DNA of 64,000 bases from Marispirochaeta sp. (GCA_963676835.2 CAXXFF010000002.1:1024001-1088000), one strand, 5' to 3'. Positions 37,767 to 48,194 are shown, counted from the first letter of the stretch. Made by a program: numbers and translations. The notes: generated by a model not told the origin, from the letters alone.

Positions 37767-38783
37767 ATGAAAGAAACGGTGAGCAATATACAGTCGTTGG
37801 GGTTTCAGTGGGCAACCCGTGATCCTTTTCTGTTCTGTGCTCATCATTACGATCATTATCCGGCCGGGAATGAGCATCAGGGACCGGCTGCCTCCCTTGC
37901 CGGCAGAAGTATCGGGCAGGACTTTACTGTAAAAGACGGCTGGCGGATGTATCACGGTGAACAGGTCCCGGGCTTTCCGGAACATCCCCACCGCGGTTTT
38001 GAAACAATAACTATAGTTCTGGAAGGCTTTGTTGATCACTCCGATAGCCATGGTGCCGCAGGGCGCTACGGTGAGGGGGATGTTCAATGGATGACCGCCG
38101 GCAGCGGTCTGCAGCATTCGGAAATGTTTCCCTGTGTGTTTAAAGACAGACCCAACACCCTGCATATCTTTCAGATATGGCTGAACCTGCCTGCTAAAGA
38201 CAAGTTTGTCGATCCCCATTACACTATGCTATGGTCGGAAGATATCCCGATACGTAAAGAGACAGATGATGAAGGCAGGGAAATTTCCATCCGCATTATT
38301 GCAGGAAGCCTCCACGGGGATTCCGCTCCGGCCCCTGCTCCGGATTCGTGGGCTGCGGACTCTGAAAACCATGTTGCTGTCTGGCTGATCACCCTGGCCC
38401 CCAACGCTGTCTGGACACTGCCGGAGGCCTCCGCGGAAACAGCACGTACCCTCTATAACTATGAAGGAGACGGCTTGGCCGCTGAAGACACTGAAATTCC
38501 TGTTAATCACTCCTTTGATACAATTTTCGAACAACCAGTCTGCCTCAAAAACGGAAATAAGGAGAGCCGGATTCTGCTGCTCCAGGGTAGACCCATTAAG
38601 GAACCGGTCGCACAGTACGGGCCCTTTGTTATGAATACTCATGAAGAAATAAATCAGGCAATAAGCGATTATCAGGCCACTCAGTTCGGCGGATGGCCAT
38701 GGACTACCAGGGAGCCGGTCCACTCTCCCCATGGGATACGCTTTGCCCGGTATGCCGATGGCACAATCGAAGAAAGGCAGTGA
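37767..38783 (+). CDS. Pirin family protein
   Basis: HPHRGFETIT, HSDS, QWMTAGSGLQHSE, GPFVMN. Confidence 0.93.
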   Translation: MKETVSNIQSLGFQWATRDPFLFCAHHYDHYPAGNEHQGPAASLAGRSIGQDFTVKDGWRMYHGEQVPGFPEHPHRGFETITIVLEGFVDHSDSHGAAGRYGEGDVQWMTAGSGLQHSEMFPCVFKDRPNTLHIFQIWLNLPAKDKFVDPHYTMLWSEDIPIRKETDDEGREISIRIIAGSLHGDSAPAPAPDSWAADSENHVAVWLITLAPNAVWTLPEASAETARTLYNYEGDGLAAEDTEIPVNHSFDTIFEQPVCLKNGNKESRILLLQGRPIKEPVAQYGPFVMNTHEEINQAISDYQATQFGGWPWTTREPVHSPHGIRFARYADGTIEERQ

Positions 38784-38842
38784 CAAACCCCGGTTAATCA
38801 GCTGTTCAGTCGCCGTGTATACAGTTTGTGGAGGTTCCAGCA

Positions 38843-39187
38843 ATGAGTTCTGTTGATGAATATATAAAGAACCAGTCGGAGACTGTCCGTTCTGTTCTCA
38901 CAAAAGTGAGGGCCATGGTGCTCTCTTCGGCGCCCGATGTGCTTGAGGGGATAGCCTACGGAATGCCGGCCTACAAGCTTGCCGGCAAGCCGCTTGTCTA
39001 CTTCGCTGCACAGAAAAAACATCTCGGTTTCTATGCAACTCCGTCAGGCCATGAAGCCTTTGCTGACCGTCTCTCAGGCTATAAGCACGGTAAAGGCTCT
39101 GTTCAGTTTCCCTTCGATAGCCCGATTCCCTATGATCTGATACGTGAAATGGTGGAATTTCGGGTAAGGGAGAATGAGACGCTATAG
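38843..39187 (+). CDS. YdhG/DUF1801 (iron-chaperone-like) protein
   Basis: VDEYI, EGIAYGMPAY, KKHLGFY, KGSVQFP. Confidence 0.88.
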   Translation: MSSVDEYIKNQSETVRSVLTKVRAMVLSSAPDVLEGIAYGMPAYKLAGKPLVYFAAQKKHLGFYATPSGHEAFADRLSGYKHGKGSVQFPFDSPIPYDLIREMVEFRVRENETL

Positions 39188-39337
39188 CTGTCGGATAGTT
39201 CCTTAGTTGATGGAGGGTAGATTTTATTGTCTATTCTCTAATGAATTCCAATCGATTTACCAGGCTGGAAAGGAATTTCCTGTTTTCATATTTGATTATA
39301 TAATGTATATTATGATTATATACGTTTGGAGGGGTTT

Positions 39338-39649
39338 GTGGACTTTTCCGGCATTAATGGTTTTGAATGGGATGAAGAAAACTTCTACAAGAATATTGGA
39401 AAGCATGGTGTTTATGATTCCGAGGCGGAGCAGATTTTCTTTAACCATCCATTAGTAATCAAGCGGGACCATAAACACTCCCGATCAGAAGTTAGATACT
39501 ATTCCTTGGGTCGGACAAATCATGAAAGGCTGCTTTTTGTCGCTTTTACTATTCGATCTGATAAAATCCGGGTAATTTCTGCCAGGGATATGACGAACAG
39601 GGAGGTTAAGGTATATGAAGACCACAAAAAAAGAACTTCCTATATTTAA
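39338..39649 (+). CDS. BrnT-family toxin
   Basis: FEWDE.N..KHGV, HS.SE.RY, IRVISARDM. Confidence 0.9.
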   Translation: MDFSGINGFEWDEENFYKNIGKHGVYDSEAEQIFFNHPLVIKRDHKHSRSEVRYYSLGRTNHERLLFVAFTIRSDKIRVISARDMTNREVKVYEDHKKRTSYI

Positions 39650-39902
39650 AAATGAGCAGGAAGAACGTGATTTCTGGGCCGTTCATGATTCTGCAGATTT
39701 TATAGACTGGAAAGAAGCTGAGACTGGACGCTTTCCTGATTTAAAACCGACCACCAAAGCCATTTCCATCAGGCTTCCTCAGTCTCTAATAGAAGATCTG
39801 AAAATCCTTGCGAACAAGCGGGATGTTCCCTATCAGTCGCTACTCAAGATATTACTGGCGGAGAAAGTTGATGATGAGTTTGGAAGAAAGAGGGTAGGAT
39901 AG
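39615..39902 (+). CDS. BrnA/CopG-like antitoxin
   Basis: P.FKNEQEERDFW, ISIRLP, VPYQSLLK; overlaps the toxin 3' end. Confidence 0.88.
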   Translation: MKTTKKELPIFKNEQEERDFWAVHDSADFIDWKEAETGRFPDLKPTTKAISIRLPQSLIEDLKILANKRDVPYQSLLKILLAEKVDDEFGRKRVG

Positions 39903-39928
39903 AGATGGCTGAAAGCTGAGTGGTGTAC

Positions 39929-41560
39929 TCAGCTCTCTTTCTTCTCCAGATAGTAGTTGTAATCCCCTTCAAACACTGTCATCTGTCCATGATCAATCTC
40001 AAAAACCCGGTTAACCAGGTGTTTAAGGAAGTAGCGGTCGTGGCTGACTATAATGACGGTGCCCTCAAACTCCTGAAGTGCTTCCAGCAGAACTTCCCGG
40101 CTGGCGATATCAAGGTGGTTTGTCGGCTCATCGAGCATGAGAAAATTGATGGGTCTGGCAAGCAGTGAGGCCAGCATGACCCGGCTTTTTTCCCCTCCCG
40201 AAAGGACCGAGATCCTCTTCTCTACATCGTCGCCGGAAAACTGAAAGGCCCCTAAGAGGTTCATGATGCTGCCTTTGGATTCGGTGGGCAGCAGAGCAGA
40301 AATTTCCTCAAAAATCGTGTTGGAGGAAGTCAGGCTGTCTCCGGAATACTGGCTGAAATAGCCGGGGGTAACAGAGGCTCCAAGTCCGCAGTTCCCAGAA
40401 CTTGCTTCGGTCAGCCCTGCAATAACTTTGAGAAAGGTGGATTTACCGGCGCCGTTGATTCCGGTGAGGGCGATCTTATTTCCCCGTTCTACTGTTCCTG
40501 AGATGCCGCTGAATACGGGGTGGACCCCGCCGTCGTCAAGGGGCCAGTCTTTGGCAAGGTCTTCCATGGTGACCACCATGTCGCCGCTCCGGGGGCAGGA
40601 AGGAAAGTTGAACTTCATTACCCGTGGTTCCGGAGGAACAACGATCCGCTCCATCTTTTCTATCATCTTTACCCGGGACTGTACCTGGGCCGCATGGGAG
40701 GCCCGGGCTGCAAAACGGGCAATAAACTCCTCTTCCTTGGCAAGCATTGCCTGCTGCCGTTTCTGGGCGGCAACAAGCTGTTCCCGTCTAATTGCCCTCT
40801 CAGTAAGGAAGAAGTCGTAATCCCCGCTGTAGGTCTGAATGGTTTCGCCTGCGGCCTCGATGGTACGGCTGCAGATGCGGGTCATAAACTCCCGGTCGTG
40901 GCTGGTCATCATCAAAGCGCCTTTAAAGCTTTTGAGCCACTCTTCCAGCCATAGAATGGATTCCATGTCCAGGTGGTTGGTGGGTTCGTCCATTAAGAGC
41001 ACATCCGGGTTGAGCAGCAGCACCCGGGCCAGGGCAATGCGCATTTTCCAGCCGCCGCTGAAGCTTGCCATATCCAGCTGCTGACGGCTCTCGGCAATTC
41101 CGAGGCCGTCGAGAATAGCCCTGGCTTCAGTTTCAAGCTCGTAACCGCCGAGGTTCTGAAATTCCATCTGCACTTCGCCGTAACGGGCCATGAATTTCTC
41201 CATGTCTTCATCACTCATCTGCCCCATGGCCTCGGTATCGCCCATGGCATGTTCCATCTCTTCCAGCTGCAGGCCTAACTCATAGACTTTACCGGCCCCC
41301 TGAAGCACTTCCTGAAACGCGGTTCTTCCGGCGCTTTCGCCTACATCCTGTGAGAAGTAACCGATTACTGTGCCGGGATCAACCGCGACAACGCCGTCGT
41401 CAGGCGTCTCTTCCCCGGTAATAAGACGGAAGATGGTGGTCTTGCCGGAGCCGTTGGGGCCTACCAGGCCGATCCGGTCCTGGGGGCGGATAAGCAGGGA
41501 AGAATCCCTGAAAAGGATGCGTTCGCCGTAGGCAACGCGGATACCGGACATATTGATCAT
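39929..41560 (-). CDS. ABC-F family ATP-binding protein
   Basis: Two ABC domains (GPNGSGKT/FSGGW/DEPTNHLD and GINGAGKS/LSGGE/DEPTNHLD), no TM. Confidence 0.93.
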   Translation of the reverse strand: MINMSGIRVAYGERILFRDSSLLIRPQDRIGLVGPNGSGKTTIFRLITGEETPDDGVVAVDPGTVIGYFSQDVGESAGRTAFQEVLQGAGKVYELGLQLEEMEHAMGDTEAMGQMSDEDMEKFMARYGEVQMEFQNLGGYELETEARAILDGLGIAESRQQLDMASFSGGWKMRIALARVLLLNPDVLLMDEPTNHLDMESILWLEEWLKSFKGALMMTSHDREFMTRICSRTIEAAGETIQTYSGDYDFFLTERAIRREQLVAAQKRQQAMLAKEEEFIARFAARASHAAQVQSRVKMIEKMERIVVPPEPRVMKFNFPSCPRSGDMVVTMEDLAKDWPLDDGGVHPVFSGISGTVERGNKIALTGINGAGKSTFLKVIAGLTEASSGNCGLGASVTPGYFSQYSGDSLTSSNTIFEEISALLPTESKGSIMNLLGAFQFSGDDVEKRISVLSGGEKSRVMLASLLARPINFLMLDEPTNHLDIASREVLLEALQEFEGTVIIVSHDRYFLKHLVNRVFEIDHGQMTVFEGDYNYYLEKKES

Positions 41561-41680
41561 GGAAGGGGGCTCCTGACTGTGGGGTGAATCGGGGTGATTG
41601 TACTGTGTCGGTTTAGGGAGTGTCAATTTGGAGGTTCAGAAGCTGAAGGGGATAGTTTGTCATTTTCTTTCTGCCGATTC

Positions 41681-42364
41681 TTACTCTTCAGCCAGTGCGT
41701 CCAGAGCGGATTTACGGAACCCCCTGAAAATCAGGAACAGGCTCAGGCCTATCTCGAAGAGTCCCCCGGGCAGGGAAAGCAGCACACCTATGCCGGTTCC
41801 GAAAAGCTCAGAAACCATACCGGCGATAAAGATGGCATATCCCGCAGCGCCCCAGATGGAAAAGAATCGGGGTACGATTTTTGAGCTGTACAGCACCGAG
41901 ACAAACAGAAGGCCGCCGAGCCCCCAGATGGCCATGCTGATATAATAGCAATACAATCCCGCCTGTATCAGAAGATTTCCCAGGGTTTCAAATAGAAGCC
42001 CCGCGGCGGGTCCGGCATTGGCGTATTCCGCACTCAGGGGAAGCAGGAGGAGCGAAAAAACAGTACCGACTACAGCCATGGAAGTGGCGGCAATTGCTGC
42101 ACTCAGGTATCCATAACTCAGGGTTTTATTGAATCTTATCAGAATCGGCATCATAACAACCGGCAAACCTATGTTTACGAAGGTATGGACAATGGCTATC
42201 AGTATGACACCTAACACCAGGGTACTGCTGTTCTCATGGATTTGTGTAAGAAAGTCCGGGGCATCTGTGACAGAAGCGATAAGCCCGCTTCCAGTTCCAT
42301 ATGTAAGAAAAGCGACGATAAAAAATATTCCGAATATTCTGGCGGTAGATCTGTAGTTATTCAT
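41681..42364 (-). CDS. DUF4386-family membrane protein
   Basis: About 6 TMs; ARIFG, SKIVPRFFSIWG, PGGLFEIGL..LIFRGF. Confidence 0.8.
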   Translation of the reverse strand: MNNYRSTARIFGIFFIVAFLTYGTGSGLIASVTDAPDFLTQIHENSSTLVLGVILIAIVHTFVNIGLPVVMMPILIRFNKTLSYGYLSAAIAATSMAVVGTVFSLLLLPLSAEYANAGPAAGLLFETLGNLLIQAGLYCYYISMAIWGLGGLLFVSVLYSSKIVPRFFSIWGAAGYAIFIAGMVSELFGTGIGVLLSLPGGLFEIGLSLFLIFRGFRKSALDALAEE

Positions 42365-42365
42365 T

Positions 42366-42590
42366 CTATTCTCCTTGGTTGGTCGGGTTTACCGAAATTA
42401 TGGTTATTCCCAGGTTGTGCATCTTTTTGAAAACACCGTGAAGAGCGGCCTGATCGGAAATCGGGCCGTGCAAACAGCTGTTCCCGTCATCTGTACGGGT
42501 TATGGTCAGCCCATCAAAATGGTTCTCCCAGTCCGTATTCAGAAATCCTTTGATCTGTATTGAGTAGTGATCCGGTTCATTCATTTTCAT
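42366..42590 (-). CDS. Small hypothetical protein (ACT-like)
   Basis: YSIQIKG.L...W...FDGL, G.ISDQAALHG; start uncertain. Confidence 0.75.
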   Translation of the reverse strand: MKMNEPDHYSIQIKGFLNTDWENHFDGLTITRTDDGNSCLHGPISDQAALHGVFKKMHNLGITIISVNPTNQGE

Positions 42591-42622
42591 GTTCACAAAT
42601 TTAATGCGGGCGAGATGAAAAA

Positions 42623-42665
42623 AAACCACAGCAAACTGTAGTTTGACTGCGGAATGCTGTAGTTT
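42623..42665. promoter_or_regulatory. Probable LuxR/MalT-type operator boxes
   Basis: CTGTAGTTT at 42636 and 42657 (21-bp period) plus inverted AAACCACAG at 42623. Confidence 0.5.
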
Positions 42666-42710
42666 TGGAAAGGTTTAGAGAGAGAAAAAGGGGAGACGGC
42701 AACCCCAAGG

Positions 42711-45335
42711 TTACATGAGCCTCAGTTCCCGGGCTTTCGCAATAGCCTGGGTACGGTTTCTGACTCCCAGTTTACCAAAGATATTTTTGGTGTGATAGAG
42801 AACAGTGTTGAGACTGATGAAGAGCTTTTCCCCGATCTCTCTGTTTTTCAATCCCTCTGCAATGAGTTCCAGTATTTCCAGTTCCCGGGCACTCAGTATT
42901 TCAGGAACTGCAATTCCCTTGTCTATCCCATCTGATTGCATTGCAGATTTAAAAGCTGCTGAAAGCTGCTCAGCATAATCAGGGTGTATTCCCTGAATTA
43001 CAGCATTTGAAATCAGTTTTGCCATTTCCCGGCCTTCATCAAGAAAGGATCTGATAAAGCCTTCCTGTTCTGCCAGATGCATGGCATCTGCCAGATGGTC
43101 CACTGCTTTGTCGGGTGATCCATTGGCGGAATGCGACAGTGTCTGAAGTATTATAATCCTGAGCAGTTCATCCTGATATCCTGAAGCTTCCATCTGAACT
43201 CTCAGGGGATTCAGGATGGCCAGGGCGGCGGACGGATCTTTCCGGTGAAGCTGTACCCGGGCAAGCGAAAGCGGTAGGGTATACCTTTCTGCCAGTTCAT
43301 TAGCTCCTTCGGAATTGTCCTTATGGAGCAGGATCAGAATTTGCATCCCGGCGATTTGGGGCATTCTGAACTCAAATTGATTCCGGCGGACATACTTTTC
43401 TGCTTCAATCAGATCCGATTCCGCGGCCTTCCAGTCATCTTTTGCTATCCCGATCCGGGCGTTGATAATTTTATACGAAGCGAAGGAGTCAATACTATCT
43501 GTGTATCTGGTCATTTCCAGACCCCGGGATGCATACCGGGAGGCGGTTTCCAGATCATTCCATTCATAGTGTATTCTCGCCAGTCCCAGAAAAGCCTCGC
43601 AGGCGATGGTATGGGGAGGATCGCCGGCCAGGCGGATTCCCTCTTTGTATGTCTCCGCTGCCTGCAGGAGCTGGTTATTCGACTCCAGGATCTGCCCCAG
43701 GGTTATGGTGGCGGCAGTGGTATACAGAGAATCACAGCCTATGGCAATGGCTTCCCCGTAGGCTGATGCTGCAGCCTGCCGGTCCCCCTTAAGGTGGAAT
43801 ACGAAGCCTGATGTCCAATGAGCAATGGTGCGGAATATTCTATTTCCGGAACCCAGATATTTTTTCGCCAATTGTGATTGGGTAAAAATAAGCTCGGCAT
43901 CATTCTGAATCACTCCCAGGGTCGCCCGTATTGCGGCTATGCGCCCTGCAAGATCCATTGAGTCATCCCCGGCGGCTTGATTGTCCGATACTGCTTCCGC
44001 TGCACATAACTTCTTTTCAACAGCGGTATGCTGACCCGCAAGCAGTAAAGCTGAGGCATATATTACCCAGAGGATCGGATTCTTATCCATTTCGGTACTG
44101 GATACAGTCTCCAGCCATTTCAAAACATTGGGAGCTGCTCCCCGAAAGTAGAGGGGGACGTCCCCTGCTTCAACAAGACCCATCGCCCGAACTGTGTCAT
44201 TCGCAGCAGCGGCATATTCCAGTGCTTCGATTTCGAGGCCGTTTTGCTCAAACCATTCACTTGCCCGGAGATGTAAGGAATGAGTTTTGGGCAGTTTCCC
44301 TTGTCTTGACGATTGTGCTCCGGTTTTCAGTTTCTGACGCAGCAGGTCGGCGAACAGGTGGTGATACCGGAACCAACGCCGTTCATTATCCAGGGGAATC
44401 AGGAATAAATTGCTTTGTTCGAGCCGATTCAGGATTTTCTGTCCCGAAGCAGTATCATCGCGGGTAACTGCATCGCACAAAGATCCGCACAGACGATTGA
44501 GAATGGATGTCTGTAGAAGAAATGCCATGATTTCTTCTGATTGCCGGCCAAGCACTTCTTCCATCAGGTAGTCCAGTATGAATCTGTGGCTTCCGGAGAA
44601 GGAATCTATGAAGCTGCTGACATCCCCGAGACCCTGCATGGATATTGCGGCTAACTGCAGACCTGTAATCCATCCTTCGGTTCTTTTTTCCAGCCGTGCA
44701 ACATCAGCGGCGCTGATATCCAGGCCTGCTTTACTGTTGAGGAATTCAGATGCCTCATCTATGGTGAACTGAAGGTCTGCGACACGGATTTCTGTCAGCT
44801 GACCCCCGGCACGCAATCTGGCTACGGGTAAATCAGGATCCTCCCGGGTTGCAATAATCAGATGCATCTGCTGCGGCATGTTTTCAAGCAGGAAGGCAAC
44901 TATGGTAGCGACATCCGTGGAATCAATTACATGATAGTCGTCAAGAACCATTACAAAATCACTGTCTATCAAACTGATTTCGTTCAGCAGAGGGGGCAGA
45001 ACGGATTCTGTATCCGGTGGTTGCGGCGACAGAAGCATTGCCAGCAGAGCGTCGCCCAGGCCCTCAGCAATAGTCTGCAGTGAGGAAATAACATATGCCA
45101 GAAATCTCCCGGGATCATTTTCTCCCCGATCCAGGGATAGCCAGGCGACAGCGGGATTTATCTCTTCAATCCAGTCACTGAGAAGAGTTGTTTTCCCGGA
45201 ACCCGGAGACGCGGTAATAAGTGTAAGGGCTCCCTGGGTACCCGAACTGAGTTTCTGAAGGAGCCGGGGACGGGAAACGATTTTGGATTTTACCTTCGGG
45301 GTAAATAACTTTGTCTGCAGAAGGGCAGCAGGCAT
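42711..45335 (-). CDS. MalT-like large ATP-binding LuxR regulator
   Basis: TKLF.P, ASPGSGKTT, VLDDYH, TEGW, RYHHLF; C-terminal LSARELEIL...IFGKLGV. Confidence 0.93.
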   Translation of the reverse strand: MPAALLQTKLFTPKVKSKIVSRPRLLQKLSSGTQGALTLITASPGSGKTTLLSDWIEEINPAVAWLSLDRGENDPGRFLAYVISSLQTIAEGLGDALLAMLLSPQPPDTESVLPPLLNEISLIDSDFVMVLDDYHVIDSTDVATIVAFLLENMPQQMHLIIATREDPDLPVARLRAGGQLTEIRVADLQFTIDEASEFLNSKAGLDISAADVARLEKRTEGWITGLQLAAISMQGLGDVSSFIDSFSGSHRFILDYLMEEVLGRQSEEIMAFLLQTSILNRLCGSLCDAVTRDDTASGQKILNRLEQSNLFLIPLDNERRWFRYHHLFADLLRQKLKTGAQSSRQGKLPKTHSLHLRASEWFEQNGLEIEALEYAAAANDTVRAMGLVEAGDVPLYFRGAAPNVLKWLETVSSTEMDKNPILWVIYASALLLAGQHTAVEKKLCAAEAVSDNQAAGDDSMDLAGRIAAIRATLGVIQNDAELIFTQSQLAKKYLGSGNRIFRTIAHWTSGFVFHLKGDRQAAASAYGEAIAIGCDSLYTTAATITLGQILESNNQLLQAAETYKEGIRLAGDPPHTIACEAFLGLARIHYEWNDLETASRYASRGLEMTRYTDSIDSFASYKIINARIGIAKDDWKAAESDLIEAEKYVRRNQFEFRMPQIAGMQILILLHKDNSEGANELAERYTLPLSLARVQLHRKDPSAALAILNPLRVQMEASGYQDELLRIIILQTLSHSANGSPDKAVDHLADAMHLAEQEGFIRSFLDEGREMAKLISNAVIQGIHPDYAEQLSAAFKSAMQSDGIDKGIAVPEILSARELEILELIAEGLKNREIGEKLFISLNTVLYHTKNIFGKLGVRNRTQAIAKARELRLM

Positions 45336-45644
45336 ATGTCGAGTATACGGGATAGTTCATTTATTGGTAAGTAACCGGTTACGTGCGGAGGTATCCATTA
45401 TTGGAAAGAAATTACAGGAGTTAACAGCTGCCTGTATGCACCGGACATGTATACAAATACTGAGGTCTGCGGAATATGTCTGACAGACCAGTAAAAAACA
45501 TTCCCTGACCCATCCTTCCTAACAGAAGCAGTTTGATAAGGAATTCCAATCAGTTTGGAATTCACCAAACATAAATCAGCATATGCACATAATCCATGAT
45601 AAACTTTTGTTATCAGATCTTAAATAAAGGAGTCTCATGGGTTT

Positions 45645-46319
45645 ATGAAGAAGTATGTCTGTTCCATCTGCGGTTATATCTATGATGAAGCATCCGGTTA
45701 TCCGGAAGGGAACATTACTCCCGGGACTGTATGGGCAGATGTCCCTTCCTCGTTTGTCTGCCCGCTTTGCGGCGCTTCTAAATCTGAATTTAATGAAAAG
45801 AAAGATGAGAGTACAAAATTGTCTGCTTCATCAACGGCAAACAGCTCTGCTTCCCTTCCGGATGACATCAGCTATACAGCCGCAGAATTATCTGCCGTCT
45901 TTTCCAATCTGGCAAAGGGCTGTGAGAAGCAGTATTATCCCGGGATGGCCCAACTCTACAATGAGCTGGCATCCTACTACAACAGCAAATCCGGAAATTT
46001 GGGCCGTCCGGAGTTTGATAATCTGCAAGCCCTTCTTCAGGATGATCTATCAGCACATTTCGCATCTGCCAATGAAGTGGCCGGAAAGCATCATGACCGG
46101 GGGGCTCTGCGCTCGTTGAAATGGGCAGAACAGGTTTCACGGATGCAAAATTCCCATCTGAATAAGCTTGAATCTGGTTCGGCAGATTTTCTTAAAGAAA
46201 CCAATGTCTTTGTGTGTGATATCTGCGGGTTTATCTATGTGGGTGATGAGAAACCGGAAATATGTCCGGTCTGCAAGGTTCCTAGTATAAAGATGACACA
46301 GGTCAGAAGGAGCGCTTGA
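45645..46319 (+). CDS. Protein with N- and C-terminal rubredoxin domains
   Basis: CSICGYIY...CPLC and CDICGFIY...CPVC; AAGGAG RBS. Confidence 0.88.
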   Translation: MKKYVCSICGYIYDEASGYPEGNITPGTVWADVPSSFVCPLCGASKSEFNEKKDESTKLSASSTANSSASLPDDISYTAAELSAVFSNLAKGCEKQYYPGMAQLYNELASYYNSKSGNLGRPEFDNLQALLQDDLSAHFASANEVAGKHHDRGALRSLKWAEQVSRMQNSHLNKLESGSADFLKETNVFVCDICGFIYVGDEKPEICPVCKVPSIKMTQVRRSA

Positions 46320-46320
46320 T

Positions 46321-47316
46321 ATGCATGCAGTAAGAAATATACGGCTCTGTACAAAAGACTGCCTGTGCCTTTACGTTTGCCCCACCGGCGCGACGGATAC
46401 AGAAACAGGTCAGATTGATGCAGAAAAATGTTTGAGCGGCTGCCGTTTGTGTGTGGATGCCTGTCCCTCTCATGCAATCTCGCTGGTCCCCGAAACGTTT
46501 CCTGTGCAGCAGAAAACATCAGATGAGGTTAAAAAAGCCCTGGGAATACTATCCAAAAGTAAGACAGAACAGGAGCTTATAGCATTTAAAATTGGTAAAG
46601 AATCCGAAAACCCGATGGTCAGGCAGCTGGCCACTGCGATTGGAATGTCCAACAGAATTATGGCGGAGGATCTGTTAAGAGAAGCAGGCTTCATGCTTCC
46701 CCAGAGTGATAATGCGAAAGTATTACTTAGAAAATTATTGGCCGAAAACAGGGACAATGATTTACCCGAAGAAACGGTGAAAAAATTAATTGGTCTTTTA
46801 GATACAAACAATACAGAGGAGAAGCTCATGTCTAAAACCACAGACAATTTAATGGAAGCCTTTGCCGGAGAGTCTCAGGCAAACAGAAAGTATCTTGCAT
46901 TTGCCAGGAAAGCAGAGAAGGAAGGGTATTTGAATGCCGCCAAGCTGTTTAAGGCGGCCTCCGATGCAGAGACCATTCATGCACTTAAGCATTTTGAGGT
47001 AGCGGGAAAAGTTGGTTCCACCATGGATAATTTGAAGTCTGGAGTAGACGGGGAAACTCATGAATACAAAGAGATGTATCCGCCCTTTGTAGAGCAGGCT
47101 GAAGCGGAAGGCAACAAAGATGCAGTAAGAACCTTTACCTTTGCAATGAAAGCGGAAGAGGTTCATGCCGGATTGTATCAGGAAGCCATGAATAATCTGG
47201 AAAGCACGGAAGAGGTTTTCTATTATCTGTGTCCTGTGTGCGGGAATATTGAGAAAGCTATTCCCGGAAAATGCCCTATCTGCGGTGTTCCCGGGGAGAA
47301 ATTTATCAAGTATTAA
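46321..47316 (+). CDS. 2x[4Fe-4S] ferredoxin-like domain fused in frame to rubrerythrin
   Basis: CTKDCLCLYVCP, CLSGCRLCVDACP; AFAGESQANRKY, ETIH, EEVH, CPVC..CPIC. Confidence 0.88.
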   Translation: MHAVRNIRLCTKDCLCLYVCPTGATDTETGQIDAEKCLSGCRLCVDACPSHAISLVPETFPVQQKTSDEVKKALGILSKSKTEQELIAFKIGKESENPMVRQLATAIGMSNRIMAEDLLREAGFMLPQSDNAKVLLRKLLAENRDNDLPEETVKKLIGLLDTNNTEEKLMSKTTDNLMEAFAGESQANRKYLAFARKAEKEGYLNAAKLFKAASDAETIHALKHFEVAGKVGSTMDNLKSGVDGETHEYKEMYPPFVEQAEAEGNKDAVRTFTFAMKAEEVHAGLYQEAMNNLESTEEVFYYLCPVCGNIEKAIPGKCPICGVPGEKFIKY

Positions 47317-47334
47317 ATCATTTTCTGTTATGTA

Positions 47335-47371
47335 AATATAGGGGTGTCTACTCGGGTAGGCAGCCCTGTTT
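47335..47371 (+). terminator. Intrinsic terminator after rubrerythrin
   Basis: TAGGGGTGTCTAC-TCGG-GTAGGCAGCCCTG-TTTAT. Confidence 0.65.
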
Positions 47372-47546
47372 ATAATTGTTGTCCTGAAGAAAATTTGGAC
47401 CTACGCCTGAAACCCCGGACTATTACCTGAACTATGTGCAATCCGTTATGTAGTATATCGAACCATTTTATACTGTCTTGAGGCCCGTTTATGAAGGATG
47501 TCATCCAAATATACCTCTGGACTTTTCGATTAAAAGTATCACTTTT

Positions 47547-47861
47547 TCAGGACGCTTTTGGATGTATCTTGTTGTACTCTTCCTGATGTTTTTCCTTCGC
47601 AACATCAAGGTCATATAGCGACTGAAGATTTATCCAATACTCAGCAGATGTCCCAAAAAATCTGGACAAGCGAATTGCTGTGTCTGCCGTTATCTTGCGG
47701 GTACCGTTTATAATTCTTGAGATCCTCATTGGATCAACATTGATGCCCTTTGCCAATTCATACGCAGTTATTCCCATGGCATCAAGAAAATCTTCCTTGA
47801 GTACTTCGCCTGGAGTGGTCAGCTCAATCAGCTCATCGCAATACTGTTTATTTTCATTCAT
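47547..47861 (-). CDS. higA: HigA-family antitoxin
   Basis: PGEVLKEDFL, ITADTAIRLSRFFGTSAEYWINLQ. Confidence 0.93.
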   Translation of the reverse strand: MNENKQYCDELIELTTPGEVLKEDFLDAMGITAYELAKGINVDPMRISRIINGTRKITADTAIRLSRFFGTSAEYWINLQSLYDLDVAKEKHQEEYNKIHPKAS

Positions 47862-47872
47862 CTCACAGCTCC

Positions 47873-48154
47873 CTAATGATAATCACAAAATTCTACATCA
47901 AATGCATGCCCATTTTCCCAACGGAAGCATATGCGCCATTGATCATTAACCCGTATAGAATGTTGCCCTTTGCGATCACCTTTTAAAGCTTCCAGTTTAT
48001 TGCCTGGAGGGATTCTCAGGTCCTCAAGAGCAACGGAGCTCTCAATATTCCGCAGCCCTTTCAAGGCTTTTTTCGCCAATTCCGGATGCATACCTTTTTT
48101 CAACCTTCTGTTGAAAATGGCTTCTGTATTTTTATCAGCGAAACTTTTAATCAT
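47873..48154 (-). CDS. higB: HigB-family (RelE-like) toxin
   Basis: MIKSFADK, DLRIPPGNKLEALKGDRKGQHSIRVNDQWRICF, DYH. Confidence 0.93.
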   Translation of the reverse strand: MIKSFADKNTEAIFNRRLKKGMHPELAKKALKGLRNIESSVALEDLRIPPGNKLEALKGDRKGQHSIRVNDQWRICFRWENGHAFDVEFCDYH

Positions 48155-48163
48155 GGTACATTA

Positions 48164-48194
48164 TAGCGCTGCAAGCTAATAGCGTAAAGAGCTA
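48164..48194. promoter_or_regulatory. Tandem operator dyads of higBA
   Basis: TAGC-N7-GCTA twice (48164-48178, 48180-48194) just upstream of higB. Confidence 0.6.

Noticed and set aside
45448..45455. Extra TGTATACA sites here and near 38816 as members of a GntR regulon
   Set aside because: Single 8-mers without supporting context; could be chance
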